A stretch of DNA of 63,686 nucleotides, counting the filler, from Choristocarpus tenellus KU-1152 (taxonomy: Eukaryota > Protista > Phaeophyceae), in the NCBI GenBank assembly GCA_964200185.2. It is 14 parts of 14 records of this genome, joined end to end, with 100 filler letters (N's around TTAATTAATTAA, not from the genome) between each part and the next. Parts side by side here need not be neighbours in the genome. Positions count along the whole stretch, not along the records: positions 1 to 3,204 come from CAXNAD020021570.1; positions 3,305 to 8,347 come from CAXNAD020012066.1; positions 8,448 to 11,144 come from CAXNAD020025564.1; 11 more parts are not named here. One strand, 5' to 3'. The notes beneath the pieces are model-generated. The model was not told where the DNA came from and searched no databases. It saw nothing but the letters and a program-made list of their open reading frames with translations. Positions 1 through 11,144 of the stretch are shown piece by piece. Every line of letters begins with the position of its first letter. The stretch's first letter is position 1. Position numbers and translations under genes: made by a program.

Positions 1-3000
1 CCTAATCGAACACCAGGTACAGAGCCAAAGTATCTTAGAGGGTACAGCCGCACCCATTTGGGGACCAAACTTTAATGTCGCGATTTTTAATAATTTTGGC
101 TATCATTTTATTTTTAATGTTTCAATATCCTTGTTCCAGACACACCTTTTCATAAAGTACACATTTTACTTAGCCCGAAACATATTGGAGTAGGAAAATG
201 TAATAAAAAAAAGCACGGGAAGCCAAGCCCCAAATGGACAAACAGGGCAAAACTCGTACCCTCTAAGATACTTTCACTCACAGGATGATGACCAAGAACA
301 TGTCATAGCATCATCTAGCCATAGATGGTCTAAAATAGACAGTAGGAGAGCACCCACTGAAAGGGAATGCATGGCCATCTTGTGGGCTGTAGAACACTTC
401 CACTCCTACATTTGGGGTAGGAAATTCACCCTAGTCACCGACTGCTCTGCACTGACCTGGCTCTTCAAGAGTCGTGAACTTAGCCCCAAGATCCACAGGT
501 GGGCCCTCCGTCTCATGGACCGCGATATGGAACTGAAGTGGCGAGCAGGCTCGAAGCACCAGCTACCAGATGGACTGTCACGACTCTCCTCACCAACAGG
601 ATCAGGTTTGGATGTCGATGATTCTTTCCTGACGATCCGTCAGTAGCTTGTAGCAAGAACTAAGCTGGACCATGAGGACCTGGATGGTGTATGTTTGCAG
701 GATTTTGGTACATCAGACCTAAGCCCAGGTCACCCCACACTGTCCCCTTGCTCTCTCTGTGCGTTGGTAGATCCAGAACTAGAGTATACTCCCCCATCAC
801 ATGATGAACCGAGTCTAGGTGTAGCACAAATGTTACTTCAGGGAACAGTTGATACCACACTCTCAGGAATACTGTCAGCTCTGCAAGATTGCCACACGGG
901 ATCCGATAATCGAGATTTAGGCATTCGAGGTTGGTTACCACTCAGTAGTTCCCAGGATCAAAGTCTGATAGTGTGTATACCCCCTCCCTGTGGTTGGATG
1001 GCCCCAGATAAAATACCTAGTGGAGACCTGACACACATATCCCACAGCAACTCCTTCCCCCGCTCAACACCTCTAACACTTTTGGTTGGCAACCTTTAGA
1101 CCTTACCCTCGAAGACAGGGTAGAAATAAAAGAAAAATCAGAAGAAGAGAAGCCAACTTGGAAGAAAAGACGCACAAGTACCCCGAGGCCAAAGAACAAG
1201 AAGGGCAGCGACAGAATAGTCCGAATGAGTGAGATGGTTCAACACCACCCCACTCTCAAGAGGGCAAATGGCTTCTCTCTCAGACGTGCCAGAGCTAGTG
1301 GACAGGCAGAAGAAAGGCCCCTTCTTGGGCAGCATACGAGTTGCACTCGAAGGCCAAGAACACTGGAAGTCGTCACTCGAATGGGGAAAGGGGAGTATAG
1401 ATGTAGAGTCGTATTCCCTGGACGATAAGGAGTTACTCTGGTACACCCCTGGAGAGTATGCACCTAGGCTGTCAGTCCCTCTTCGCTAGTGTCTGACATC
1501 ATAGCACTAGTTCACTTGCAGATTAGCCACCAGGAAGTTGGACGCACAGTAGCCCTAACCCGTCGATAATTATTTTGTCCCTCACTCCACAAAGACACCC
1601 AGGATTATGTTTTATCCTGTGGCTGTCGCAGACGAAAGAAGACCAGGAGCGCTCAAGTGGCAATGCTGCCAGCCAAGTTCCTGGAACCATGGGATGTACT
1701 CGAGATGGATCTACAAGATGTAGGACATATTTCAGCGAAAGGCAACAAGTATCTGTTAATTGTGATTGATAGAGCTTCGAGATTCCCTTTTGCATTCCCA
1801 ATGGCGTCAAAGGAAGCAATGGGAGTAGCAACAAACGTGTTAGAATTATGTCTTACATTTGGGATCCCTCTGTCAATTCGTAGTGTTGCAGGAGGGGAGT
1901 TCACAGGAGACAGAGTGAATCACCTTTGCCGTCGGGTGAAGGTCCCTATCAAATATGGACCAACTGGCAACTCGAGAGGACAAGGGGGAATGGAGAGGAT
2001 GGGAGGTCTGCTTTTAGAAGTCCTGTTGGAACTATGTGTGAAGTGGTCAAATAGATAGTATGAGTATGTATCTCCGGCATGTTGGGCACAACGCACTACT
2101 CCAGATCCCTCTGACCCTCTCAACCCCACCCCATTCTGAGTCCCGCTTGGCCGTGACTCCCGCATACAGCTAGATGCCGTCATACCGAAGTTGGATGGGG
2201 ACATAGAGATAGGAGTATTGGATTCCTTTATCGAGCAACGCAGACAGAACTTCAGGGAGGTACGAGAAGTCCTGGAGAGAAGGATTTCCACTAGACAGAA
2301 AAACAGGGAGAGAGCCAATGCTTTTGATTACTAGGTCTTCCCCAGGACTCGGATCCAAATCAGGTGACCTAGTTCTAGTAGAAGAAGCAGACAGCTCTAT
2401 TCATGGGGAAAAATTAGACGAGACAAGAGTAGGCAGAAAGCTAGTCCATGAAAGGTGGACAGGGCCGTGGACTGTGAAGGAAATTTCACATCAGAGTAGT
2501 AGCATGACAGTAGAACTGCTAGGTAGGCAAACACGCACCCGTAATGTTCATGCTTCTTACGTGAAACCCTTCCACGTATGGCCCATCCATCCGAGATACA
2601 GCTTCCAAGAGGAATATGCTCAACTAGTATGGGAGTCGGGCCTAGGTTTATCAGAGCAATCCGTGGTAGCAACCCCTATGTACACTCTTACAGAGACAGG
2701 AAAGCAATATTGTTGCCATCCAATGTATGGCACTGGGAGTACAGGGGGAAGCATCAGAATGGAGAATTGTCTGATTGGATTATCGAGAAAGAGGCTATGG
2801 ATAGCTTCACCCCACTACAGTTAGATGTCTTCCATGCCCTCTGGGACCTCTATAATCCAGACACGAGCCCACGTCCTACTGACACACCTCTCGCCAGGGA
2901 AAACCCTTGTCTAGAGAGGAATGCATTACGCCTTTTCCCCACAGGTACTACTGTCAAGAAGTCATGGAAAGACGAGAAGGGAAGGGATAAGTGGTACACA

Positions 3001-3105
3001 GGTACAGCTTTTGACTTCAAGTCACCCTACTGGAGGATGCGGTTTAATGATGGGGATTGAGAGGAAATGAACAAAAACGAAATGAGTCGCTTCTCCCAAA
3101 AATAA
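1..3105 (+). mobile_element. Degenerate Ty3/gypsy LTR retrotransposon pol (RNase H, integrase, C-terminal chromo-like and Tudor-like modules); frameshifted, with stops
   Basis: RNase H: QVQDDDQEHVIASSSHRWSKIDSRRAPTERECMAILWAVEHF...FTLVTDCSALTWL...RWALRL (1-21 and 283-646). Integrase core: PWDVLEMDLQDVG...KYLLIVIDRASRFPFAFP...FGIPLSIRS..GGEFT...GGMERM (1657-2058). GPY/F-like KLVHERWTGPWTV...NVHASYVKPF (2430-2580). RH-then-IN order is diagnostic of Ty3/gypsy. Confidence 0.92.
22..279 (+). mobile_element. MITE family A (~260 bp, 24-bp TIRs, 3-bp TSD ACA) inserted in the gypsy RNase H
   Basis: Left GAGCCAAAGTATCTTAGAGGGTAC and right GTACCCTCTAAGATACTTTCACTC are inverted repeats with 2 mismatches. 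ACA flanks both sides. Removing the element and one TSD restores the RNase H frame (cag gta cag gat). Confidence 0.9.
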
Positions 3106-3204
3106 TTCAACAGATAACCACTACGCGTTCAGAAGACAGGTACGTGAGGACTAACCGATTCATGTAAGAACACAGGAATCAAACATTGACAGTCCTAGTT
3201 CCCA

Positions 3205-3304
3205 NNNNNNNNNNNNNNNNNNNNNNNNNNNNNNNNNNNNNNNNNNNNTTAATTAATTAANNNNNNNNNNNNNNNNNNNNNNNNNNNNNNNNNNNNNNNN
3301 NNNN
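3205..3304. other. Artificial contig linker (N-run + TTAATTAATTAA + N-run); the same linker occurs 13 times
   Basis: Other linkers at ~8348-8447, 11145-11243, 15969-16068, 18848-18947, 25623-25721, 29549-29648, 32470-32569, 36470-36569, 39686-39785, 44763-44862, 49449-49548 and 59718-59817. TTAATTAATTAA places stops in all six frames. Confidence 0.97.
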
Positions 3305-4015
3305 ATGGGGGGGGGGGAGGGGGGGGGGGGGGGGGGGGGAGGAGGGGAAATAAAAAAATAAAATAACACCAATAGTTGGCCAGCATTGAGGTAGAGACCC
3401 AAGGAGGGACATGGCAGAGGTTATCCTTTATACTCATCCTCACGAGGTAAAGCAACAGGGGTGAGTGTTGGGGCACTAGCGTTTGATTCATAACTTCGGG
3501 ACCTGAGGCACGGATGGGGGCTTTCCCAACCTAAGAAATAAATTGGTCGAACATAACATAACATAACATAATAATAATAATAATAATAATAATAAAATAC
3601 CAGACAGACAGTTCAACGTAACAAGTCTCTCGTCGTGTATCAAACGCACTGCAGGCGTTTTGCTGAACTGCCTGCTGCACAGAAGTCTTCCTGTAAGCAA
3701 GTGGCGGCGGGAAAAAACATCTCACCATCTTGACAATAACAGGTATAACAGGGTATACCTTATCAATGTCATCATCGGCTTTTTAAATATATATATATAT
3801 ATATATAATATATGTGATGGGGGTGCTGGGTGGGTGGGAAGGCAAGCTGTAGGTCATCAAGAAGGACGGAACGGGCCGCATTCATTGGCAGATATATATA
3901 TATTTTTTAAATGTTTTTTTTTCCTCGTGACCTCCAAACAAAAAAATAAACACACACACACACACACATATATATACATATGTATGTATACATAATATAT
4001 GTATGATCTGCTGCC

Positions 4016-4264
4016 GAGTCAAAGTATGTTAGGGTTAGGGTAGAGTCGCAGTCCGTTTGGGGGTCGAAATCCAATGTAATTTTGGCTATCGCGTTTGTTA
4101 GGAAGTGTCAATGTCCTTGTTCGAGACACACCTTTTCATAACGTATACATCTTACCAACTCCCAAACATTTCGGAGTAGGTAAGATGTCATAAAAAAATG
4201 TGGGAAATCAGGCCCCAAACGGACAAACAGGGCAAAACTCGTACCCTCTAAGATACTTTCACTG
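4016..4264 (+). mobile_element. MITE family A copy
   Basis: Colinear with 22-279 (GAGTCAAAGTAT...CCCCAAACGGACAAACAGGGCAAAACTCGTACCCTCTAAGATACTTTCACT). No clear TSD. Confidence 0.85.
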
Positions 4265-4267
4265 CGC

Positions 4268-4284
4268 TATTGCTACCGCTACTG

Positions 4285-4316
<32 letters not shown>

Positions 4317-4635
4317 ACTGCTACTGCTACTATTATTACTACTACTACTACTATTACTACTACTACTACTATTACTACTTCTACTACTACTACTACCACT
4401 ACCACTACCACTACCACTACTGCTACTACCACTACTTCTACTACCATACTACTACTACTAACATTACTACTACTACTACTACTACTACCACTACCACTAC
4501 CACTACTGCTACTACCACTACTTCTACTACCATAATACTACTACTAACATTACTACTACTACTACTACTACCACTGCCACTACCACTACCACTACTGCTA
4601 CTACCACTACTACCACTACTACCACTACCACTACC
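4268..4635. repeat. Compound (ACT/ACC/GCT)n trinucleotide microsatellite, ~365 bp
   Basis: Directly visible; it is the source of the poly-T/poly-L/poly-V ORFs. Confidence 0.95.
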
Positions 4636-4729
4636 CTGTTCCGTTTGTCTCAGGGCACATATGAACTCCGGAGGTTGGTTGGTACTCACAACACACTGGC
4701 ATTTGCACAACATAACACAAAATCTTTAC

Positions 4730-5029
4730 TGCCAAACTAGATGAACTCAACAGTCCGCCGCAACAAAAACAAGACACGCTGAGCCCGAGTCTAACCAACC
4801 TCCTTCTCCCCGTGACGGAGGCGTTCTCACTGGTGCTGCCCTCTCTGTCGCGGCTTGCTTTTTCCTCCTTGAGCGTTGCCGACGATGCAGCCCGAGACAC
4901 CTTGGCAAGGCCTATCCCTGCTGCGACATTCAGGAGGGGGATGACCGGGAAGATGAACCTGAGCTCCTTGTGAGGGAGAAAGGAGTACAGGGCTACAAAA
5001 GACAGGCCAGGTAGGATGAAGAAGAGGAC
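4730..5029 (-). CDS. ALG12: Internal exon of an ALG12-like dolichyl-P-Man alpha-1,6-mannosyltransferase (glycosyltransferase family 22)
   Basis: VLFFILPGLSFVALYSFLPHKELRFIFPVIPLLNVAAGIGLAK; LYS.LPHKELRF is the GT22 motif in its ALG12-like form. CAG acceptor at 5032-5030 and probable GTAAAG donor at 4729. The remaining exons are not resolved. Confidence 0.75.
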
Positions 5030-5597
5030 CTGAAGGAGGAGGACACACACAACAAACATTATGCAGTTTTGGGTAGGGGGAGGGGGAGGGGGAGGGGGGG
5101 GAGGGATACGAATAAAAGCAACAATGGTAGATTTCTCAAGTGATGAGTGCACAGATGCAAGAAGCATTACACACGTACATACTACTCTAGAGTGAACCAC
5201 CTAGGTATACACGCGTGTTAGACTGAATCGGGTGTACTGCTTAACAGCAACAACTGCAGCAACAACCAAAGTCGTGTTCAAACTCAAACCCGCTTCTTAT
5301 ATTTTTTTCAAACGAAACAACCTTGCCGCAGACACACCGCCTTCACCAGCGAGAGGGTAAAGCAAGACAACGGACCTCGCTTCGGAGCAAGAACCGAAAA
5401 AGGACCCGGCGCTCTTGTGAACACGTGAAGCACGGACAGTGGCGCAACACATCTGGGTGCCCCTCCTGAGCTTTTCCAGCTCTACCCATCTCCACCTCTC
5501 CTATCCGCCAAACCCAACAGTAAATGGAGGCAGTATGGGTGATGTAACACCCAAAACGACACAATGTAGACAAACAGGCTATCCAATAGGTGTCACC

Positions 5598-5635
<38 letters not shown>

Positions 5636-5776
5636 CTCTCTATACCTCTCTCTCTTTTATGCAGTACTGTAAAGTACACTGCCAGATCAACCTTATCGAT
5701 GTAGATGCCAGTAAAAATGAACATTAGTGAACGGTCGGGGTCATGCCCACGTATGTGCCCCCGTCCTTTTTCCCGT

Positions 5777-5825
<49 letters not shown>

Positions 5826-6002
5826 ACACAACACACGCGCCCCACACCCNNNNNNNNNNCCCGTTCCCCCCCCACCCCCCCCGCCCAACCCCCCCACTGC
5901 AACTCCATAAGACAAAAGGGTTGACCGACACCGCTACTATCGTGCTAGAACAATACTGCTGTTTGCTCTATCATTTGCAAATCAGAAGTGTGATGAAAGA
6001 AC

Positions 6003-6267
6003 GGGTCAGAGCACTTAAGAGGGTAGGGCCGCATCCGTTCGGGGGTCGTAAATCCAATGTTTCGATTTTGATGTAATTTTGGCAATCGTGTTTGTTACCA
6101 AGTGTCAATATCCATCGCTCTGGATACACCTTTCCTAGTTCTATACATTTTACCTACGCCGAGTGTAACCAAAATGTCCACACAGAAAAAAAAAAAAAAC
6201 GTGGGAAGCCAAGCCCCTGAATGGACAAACAGGGCAAAACTCCTACCCCCTTAAAATGCTTTGGGTC
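6003..6267 (+). mobile_element. MITE family A copy, TSD AAC
   Basis: GGGTCAGAGCACTTAAGAGGGTAG ... CTACCCCCTTAAAATGCTTTGGGTC; AAC at 6000-6002 and 6268-6270. Confidence 0.88.
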
Positions 6268-6501
6268 AACATTCTTGTCCAAGAGTCAAAAAAAAAAAAA
6301 ACTCAATCTCTGATGGTAGGAGAGAAATGGAGGCGAGCATTAAAATGGTCTCGAGTTCACTTGCAATCTGTGTGTATGTTCCTGTGTGGCAGGGGGGATT
6401 ATTTGAACTGGAGCCTGCTCATTAAAGGATCAACGGAAACAAGCTGGAGAATGAAAGGAATGCTTTGCTGCCCAACGCAAACAAACGGGAGCTCTACTCA
6501 A

Positions 6502-6655
6502 AACAGCAGATTTCAAAAATTGAGGATGGAGCTTTTCATTGAGGATGAGCTGGACAATACAAAAAAAAAACATATCGACACTTTATCCCAGTCAAGTTTG
6601 GGTCAAGCTAATCCTCAATGAAAAGCTCCATCCTCAATTTTTGAAATCTGCTGTT
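6502..6655. mobile_element. Fold-back MITE family D (perfect ~45-bp TIRs, 4-bp TSD TCAA)
   Basis: AACAGCAGATTTCAAAAATTGAGGATGGAGCTTTTCATTGAGGAT and its exact reverse complement at 6611-6655. TCAA flanks both sides. Related ends at 16069-16135 and ~39860-39931. Confidence 0.82.
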
Positions 6656-7555
6656 TCAAGGTATTCGCAAAAAAAGTGAAGGCAAAAGTGTTTCAATTAC
6701 CCTTTTCTTCCCCAAATTAGTCTTTGATTTTATAGAATATGAAGGTGGATGTGAAACATTACATTTCCTCTCCTATGCAATCGATCCACTCATGGACAAA
6801 AGTAGCGCAAGGGGTAGAGCTGCCTCTCTACCACAATACTGTGTACCCTTAGTAGAAGTACACTCTACTTGCATTTCAAAAAACATATGGAGAACATCGC
6901 TAATCTGATGAAACAGGGTCCACTTGCCGGACCACGTACACGTTCCGAATATTGAGATAATGAGTACACATGGAGGGCCATAACAATATGCAACTATTTT
7001 GCAGGTGGGGAGTTCCTCGAGGCGGCAGCTTAAAAAAATGGAGCACTCCCTGCTCACTTTAATTATTTCCTTCATTATCACTATTTGTCGGCAGTCATAG
7101 GGCTGGGTTGTTTGCAAATATCCCTCTTGGTTGCAGCCTAACCGGGACAGACAGGTTCCTTGAAAACTTTCCTCTTCCTGGTACCCACCAGGACAGGTTG
7201 CATACGAACTTGTGTGTCTCTCCAACATTGGAGACCCCGACTCCACCAGGTCCCTCATTGCCAGACTTCCTTGCCACTAAGTTCGATTTGCCAGGGCGTT
7301 TCATAGGTACTTGACGGGCATGGTACTGTAGGTCCAGAGATTTAACATAGGTAAGTACAGTTTGCGGTACTCATATATGGAAAAGGTATTGACCTGGACA
7401 CATAACTGTGAACAATGTAGGACCTGTGGGAGAAGGGAGACTTCCGGTTCGATCTTAGTAAGCAACCATGGGAACATAGTTGGACTTGGTGACTCTTGAG
7501 AGGTGAGTCCCTGTTGTCCACACTCTCCATATCCCACGTAAGCCTTGTTGTACCA

Positions 7556-7954
7556 TGTGACCAAATAGTGTAAAGGGGTTAGAGACTTCACACTGTCACA
7601 TGACCTCGGCCGACCAATGGGACCTGTGCAGTCTGCACGAACCATGGTCCCTGTTGGTTGGTCCGTTGAGGAGATAGTCCGTTATTGATATAATAAAAAT
7701 ATATTGTAGTAGATGGATCAGACCCAAACTTGACGGTAATGACCTGTGACCTACCTCAAAAAGGTCCAGAGTCGATAGTGTGATCTATCTCCCTGAGAGG
7801 TCTGAGCTGGACACGCTACTGTTGTGAAAGGGTTGGTACGTGTGAAAGGCCGGTGAGGTTTGATAGTCCAATTTTATATTTCGGAGAGCGTCTTCTTCAC
7901 TAACCTCTCGCGTGTGATCAACCTTAGTAAGATAAACCTAATTGACATATCACA
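7556..7954 (-). mobile_element. Putative 5' LTR (TGTGA...TCACA, ~400 bp) followed on the minus strand by a PBS-like TGGTAC and decayed internal sequence
   Basis: 5-bp inverted termini; TGG immediately follows the LTR end on the minus strand (7555-7553). No second copy in the window. Confidence 0.5.
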
Positions 7955-8007
7955 AGTTCACCTATCATGTGTTCATATACCGTAAATTATGTATCATATC
8001 TGTAAAT

Positions 8008-8080
8008 GGGGGATTAGCTCAAATGGTAGAGCGCTTCCTTAGCATGGAAGAAGTAGTGGGATCGATACCCACATTCTCCA
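8008..8080 (+). tRNA. tRNA-Ala (AGC)
   Basis: 73 nt. Acceptor stem GGGGGAT/ATTCTCC with the G3:U70 Ala identity pair. Anticodon arm CTTCC-TTAGCAT-GGAAG. T-loop GATCGAT as in eukaryotic tRNA-Ala. T6 Pol III terminator immediately downstream. Confidence 0.96.
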
Positions 8081-8181
8081 ATTTTTTAATATTGCATTTC
8101 ACAGTTTTGTAATTCCTGAATCTCAAAAAACAAGTGAAGGTACGGTATCCTCCCAATTCTTCCTTGATCATAAACACTTAT

Positions 8182-8347
8182 GGGTCAAAGTATCTAAGGG
8201 GGGGGAGGGTGGTTTGCGGTTTGCGAGGGGGCATCCTTTTCGGTCAAACAACTCTTTTTTGCTGACATTTCAAATCCGACATGTGCGACCAAATCACAAC
8301 AAAAAAGTGAAAATCGAAAAGAGGGAGAAAAACGGACGCCGACACCC
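8182..8347 (+). mobile_element. MITE family C end (truncated by the contig break)
   Basis: GGGTCAAAGTATCT terminus; reverse-complement match to 49549-49623. Confidence 0.7.
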
Positions 8348-8462
8348 NNNNNNNNNNNNNNNNNNNNNNNNNNNNNNNNNNNNNNNNNNNNTTAATTAAT
8401 TAANNNNNNNNNNNNNNNNNNNNNNNNNNNNNNNNNNNNNNNNNNNNGCGGCATAGCCTTTT

Positions 8463-8639
8463 GGTCCGAGGTATCTGAGGGGGGGGGGGTCTACACCAGG
8501 GTGTCCATTTGGGCCCTGACGAGGAAAAGTGCACTTACATTCATCCACCCAACACATGCAAATCACCCGAAATTTGCGGCATGGAAAAATAGGCCCCAAA
8601 TGGACAGCCGCCACCCCCCCTACCCAGATACTGTAAGCC
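8463..8639 (+). mobile_element. MITE family B, full length (~177 bp), TSD TTT
   Basis: GGTCCGAGGTATCTG ... CAGATACTGTAAGCC, with inverted subterminal TGTCCATTTGGG / CCCAAATGGACA. Partial copies at 18753-18847, 44863-44923 and 63630-63686. Confidence 0.8.
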
Positions 8640-10154
8640 TTTTGTGCTCACACATATTTGAAGCTCCAGGGAAGGTGTGAGGCGCATGTAGAAGATTTCT
8701 GGGGGAAGTACCTCATTGTTTATCACATGGTCCTATCATATCATACTATTTTGATACATTATTTTCTATATTCTTCAAGAATCCTAAAATTATCTGACCG
8801 CAGGTTGCAATGTGTTGTACATTTTTTCATCTTCCTGCATGACAAGCGTCTTCCTAATGTTCGACCACCATAGCATCATGCATCAAACTAGAAAAAGTAA
8901 TAATGGATTGAAACAAGTGGTGGGTTGGGGTAGCCCAGATTATACGGATAGGGTGTAGATCTGAACTATTTTCTTCGACAGGATCGATAATCAGAATGTA
9001 GGATGGTAGGGAGGACCTCTCTATCCCCAAAATCCGTCGACCACAGTCACGATGGGGAGAGAAAAATGAAGCGGTTACAACCTGTATAGAGTACAGAAAG
9101 AGATGTCCATATTGGTCAACTCTCCGCAAGGAAGTGCCGGGGTGCAATTTGCATTAAGCACATCAATAAGTTTTAGCTTTGACGAACTTTTACCATATTT
9201 TTTTTCTCTTCGAAGTAGTAATATTTATAGAAGAGAGTAAGCTACACAGCATAATGTCCATTTGTGACCATATTAATGGACACAGGTATGAATGTGAACA
9301 AATCAGTACTAATGTGAAACTGTAGCACAATATCATACTTCAGATGTGTATGTGTATAATATATATACACTGTGTTGCTGGTACACATGCACTCCCTTTG
9401 ACATTTTCAAACTGTTAGAGGGAAGAAAATGGCATGACATACGCCGTTTGTTATTAATCCAGATCTGAATATCAAACGGAATGTCTGCGTGCCTTTTACT
9501 TTTTACTGGGGCCTGCTGCCTGTCTATTTTGTGTACAATGCCGTGTATCTTATGTGTCTCAAAAAACGCCTTAAGATAGTTTGAGATGTGTTTGCAATAG
9601 TTCTACATCCTTCAAAATTCGACATCCCCCCAAAAATCTTCGAGTTAAAGATAACGGATTTTGAAGATATCAGTCTGTTTTCACGTTACGGTTCAAAGTA
9701 GGAACAACTATTGAATATATTTTACTTCTCACAGAATACGTCGAAGCATTGTAAAAATATGTTGGATCACATTTTGGCATGCACATTAGAGTATGATCTA
9801 AACAGGGGTAGGTCTAGGCTGGGTCAAGTTATAGTCTTCGATGATCTTGGCCAGCCTTACTAACACGTATTTATATTCTGCTGGGAAAGTGCATTTCCTC
9901 CTCCAGATCACAATTTGGATGGATCCCGTCCAACTCTATTGTCCACGCATTTAGCCCGACCCGGCCTGTAGTCTGGTCCTATTGTATTCTCTGATGGTCG
10001 AGGACTGATCTCCAAAAAAACATTCCACCCAAACCAGGTTCCGACCTGGTCCCGTGACGTTATGTCCGTCCAGTGTAGCCCCTCACATTGACCATCATTA
10101 TTCGCATGGTCAGTGTATAAAATATCAACACAATTATAATTTCTTGTGGCAGGT

Positions 10155-10236
10155 GTAGATGTGACCGAGTGGTTAAGGTGAAGGACTTGAAATTCTTTGG
10201 GCTATGCCCGTGCGGGTTCAAACCTCGTCGTCGACG
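10155..10236 (+). tRNA. tRNA-Ser (UGA), possibly slightly degenerate
   Basis: 82 nt class II fold. D-arm GACCGAGTGGTTAAGGTG; anticodon arm AAGGA-CTTGAAA-TTCTT; long variable arm GGGC-TAT-GCCC; T-arm GCGGG-TTCAAAC-CTCGT; discriminator G; T5 shortly downstream. One A:G mismatch in the acceptor stem. Confidence 0.88.
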
Positions 10237-10689
10237 ATGTGTTTTTGTTATTATTTTAGTTTTGTTGTGTCAAGGTCGTGGATTCAAACACCATCGACAA
10301 CAGACTTCTACTTTTGTGGAAGTCTGATTTCGATTGACCTAGTTGAAAGTATGTTACGCTCATGCTCTAAAGAAAAAGATTTATATTCAATGAACTTCAG
10401 ATGGTTGTAATATGATTCGATTGTAAACCCGTGGAGGTAATTTCCATAGATCTTAGGGGCATATAGTTCATTCATATTGCGTGGTCTTCCTATATTACTA
10501 TAGGCTGGATCTACCCATGTTTGGAAAATCAATGACCTTAGAATGAATTTAGTTCCTTGCTGGCTTGGACCCGCTACAGGAGCCAGTGTGGACAAGAGGT
10601 TAATGCATCGGCAACCACATAACCCCTTGAGCCAGCATGCATATTCCGCTTGTGGAGTTCAGCCTTGTCACGACCAGGTGTCCAGGGAG

Positions 10690-11070
10690 ATTTGGAGAGT
10701 AGAGGTGGACGTCGTGTTTCGTGCTAGGGCACTATGAGAGGCTGGCTCAGCCCCCTATCACGACAAAGGTCTACTTCTGAATGCCGATTTCGCAGAGGTT
10801 CAGGTAGCTTGCCACAGCTTGCCACCTGGCCAACTCATCCACCACCAATGGCGTTGCTGCTGCTGCAGCTAAAGTGCGAAAGCGCACCCACTACGAGGGA
10901 TCTTTTGATCCTCATGGTTCTGATTTCAATTATTTCGTGATGGAAAGTTTTGGGTGCCTCAGTAAGCAAGTAGAGGACTTTCTTGATGAGCTGACTATCC
11001 ACATGATAGGGGAGAAAGGGACTGAGGGTTTCTGTAGGAAAGAAGTGCTAAGACTTGCTCGAGACAGATA
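10690..11070 (+). mobile_element. 3' fragment of a non-LTR retrotransposon with restriction-like endonuclease (CRE/R2-type RLE)
   Basis: AAAKVRKRTHYEGSFDPHG..FVMESFGCLSKQVEDFLDEL fits the RLE tail pattern AA..E..K..(K/H)Y...E.FG......FL..L. Second copy at 29649-30000. Confidence 0.65.
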
Positions 11071-11144
11071 TGTTACAGGCGAGTAGCGCGAGTATTTCTT
11101 CCCGCGCTTTGACTGGCGCGAGCAGTATACGCGCGTGGGGAACC
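11071..11144 (+). mobile_element. LTR start (TGTTACA...) truncated by the contig end; same family as 19282-19692
   Basis: TGTTACAGGCGAGTAGCGCGAGTATTTCTTCCCGCGC...GCGCGAGCAGT.TACGCGCGTG.GGAACC matches the sequence from 19282 onward. Confidence 0.8.

Noticed and set aside
3249-3260. Recurrent TTAATTAATTAA palindrome as a biological repeat
   Set aside because: It is always centred in N-runs of near-constant total length, so it is an assembly linker.
4200-4713. Poly-Thr/Leu/Val ORFs (mucin-like)
   Set aside because: Translations of a trinucleotide microsatellite that begin inside a MITE.
5593-6076. Poly-Pro and poly-Gly ORFs
   Set aside because: They derive from poly-C homopolymers next to gaps.
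10155-10236. tRNA with UGA read as a selenocysteine or suppressor tRNA
   Set aside because: UGA is the anticodon (it reads Ser UCA); tRNA-Sec would have a UCA anticodon and a longer acceptor stem.
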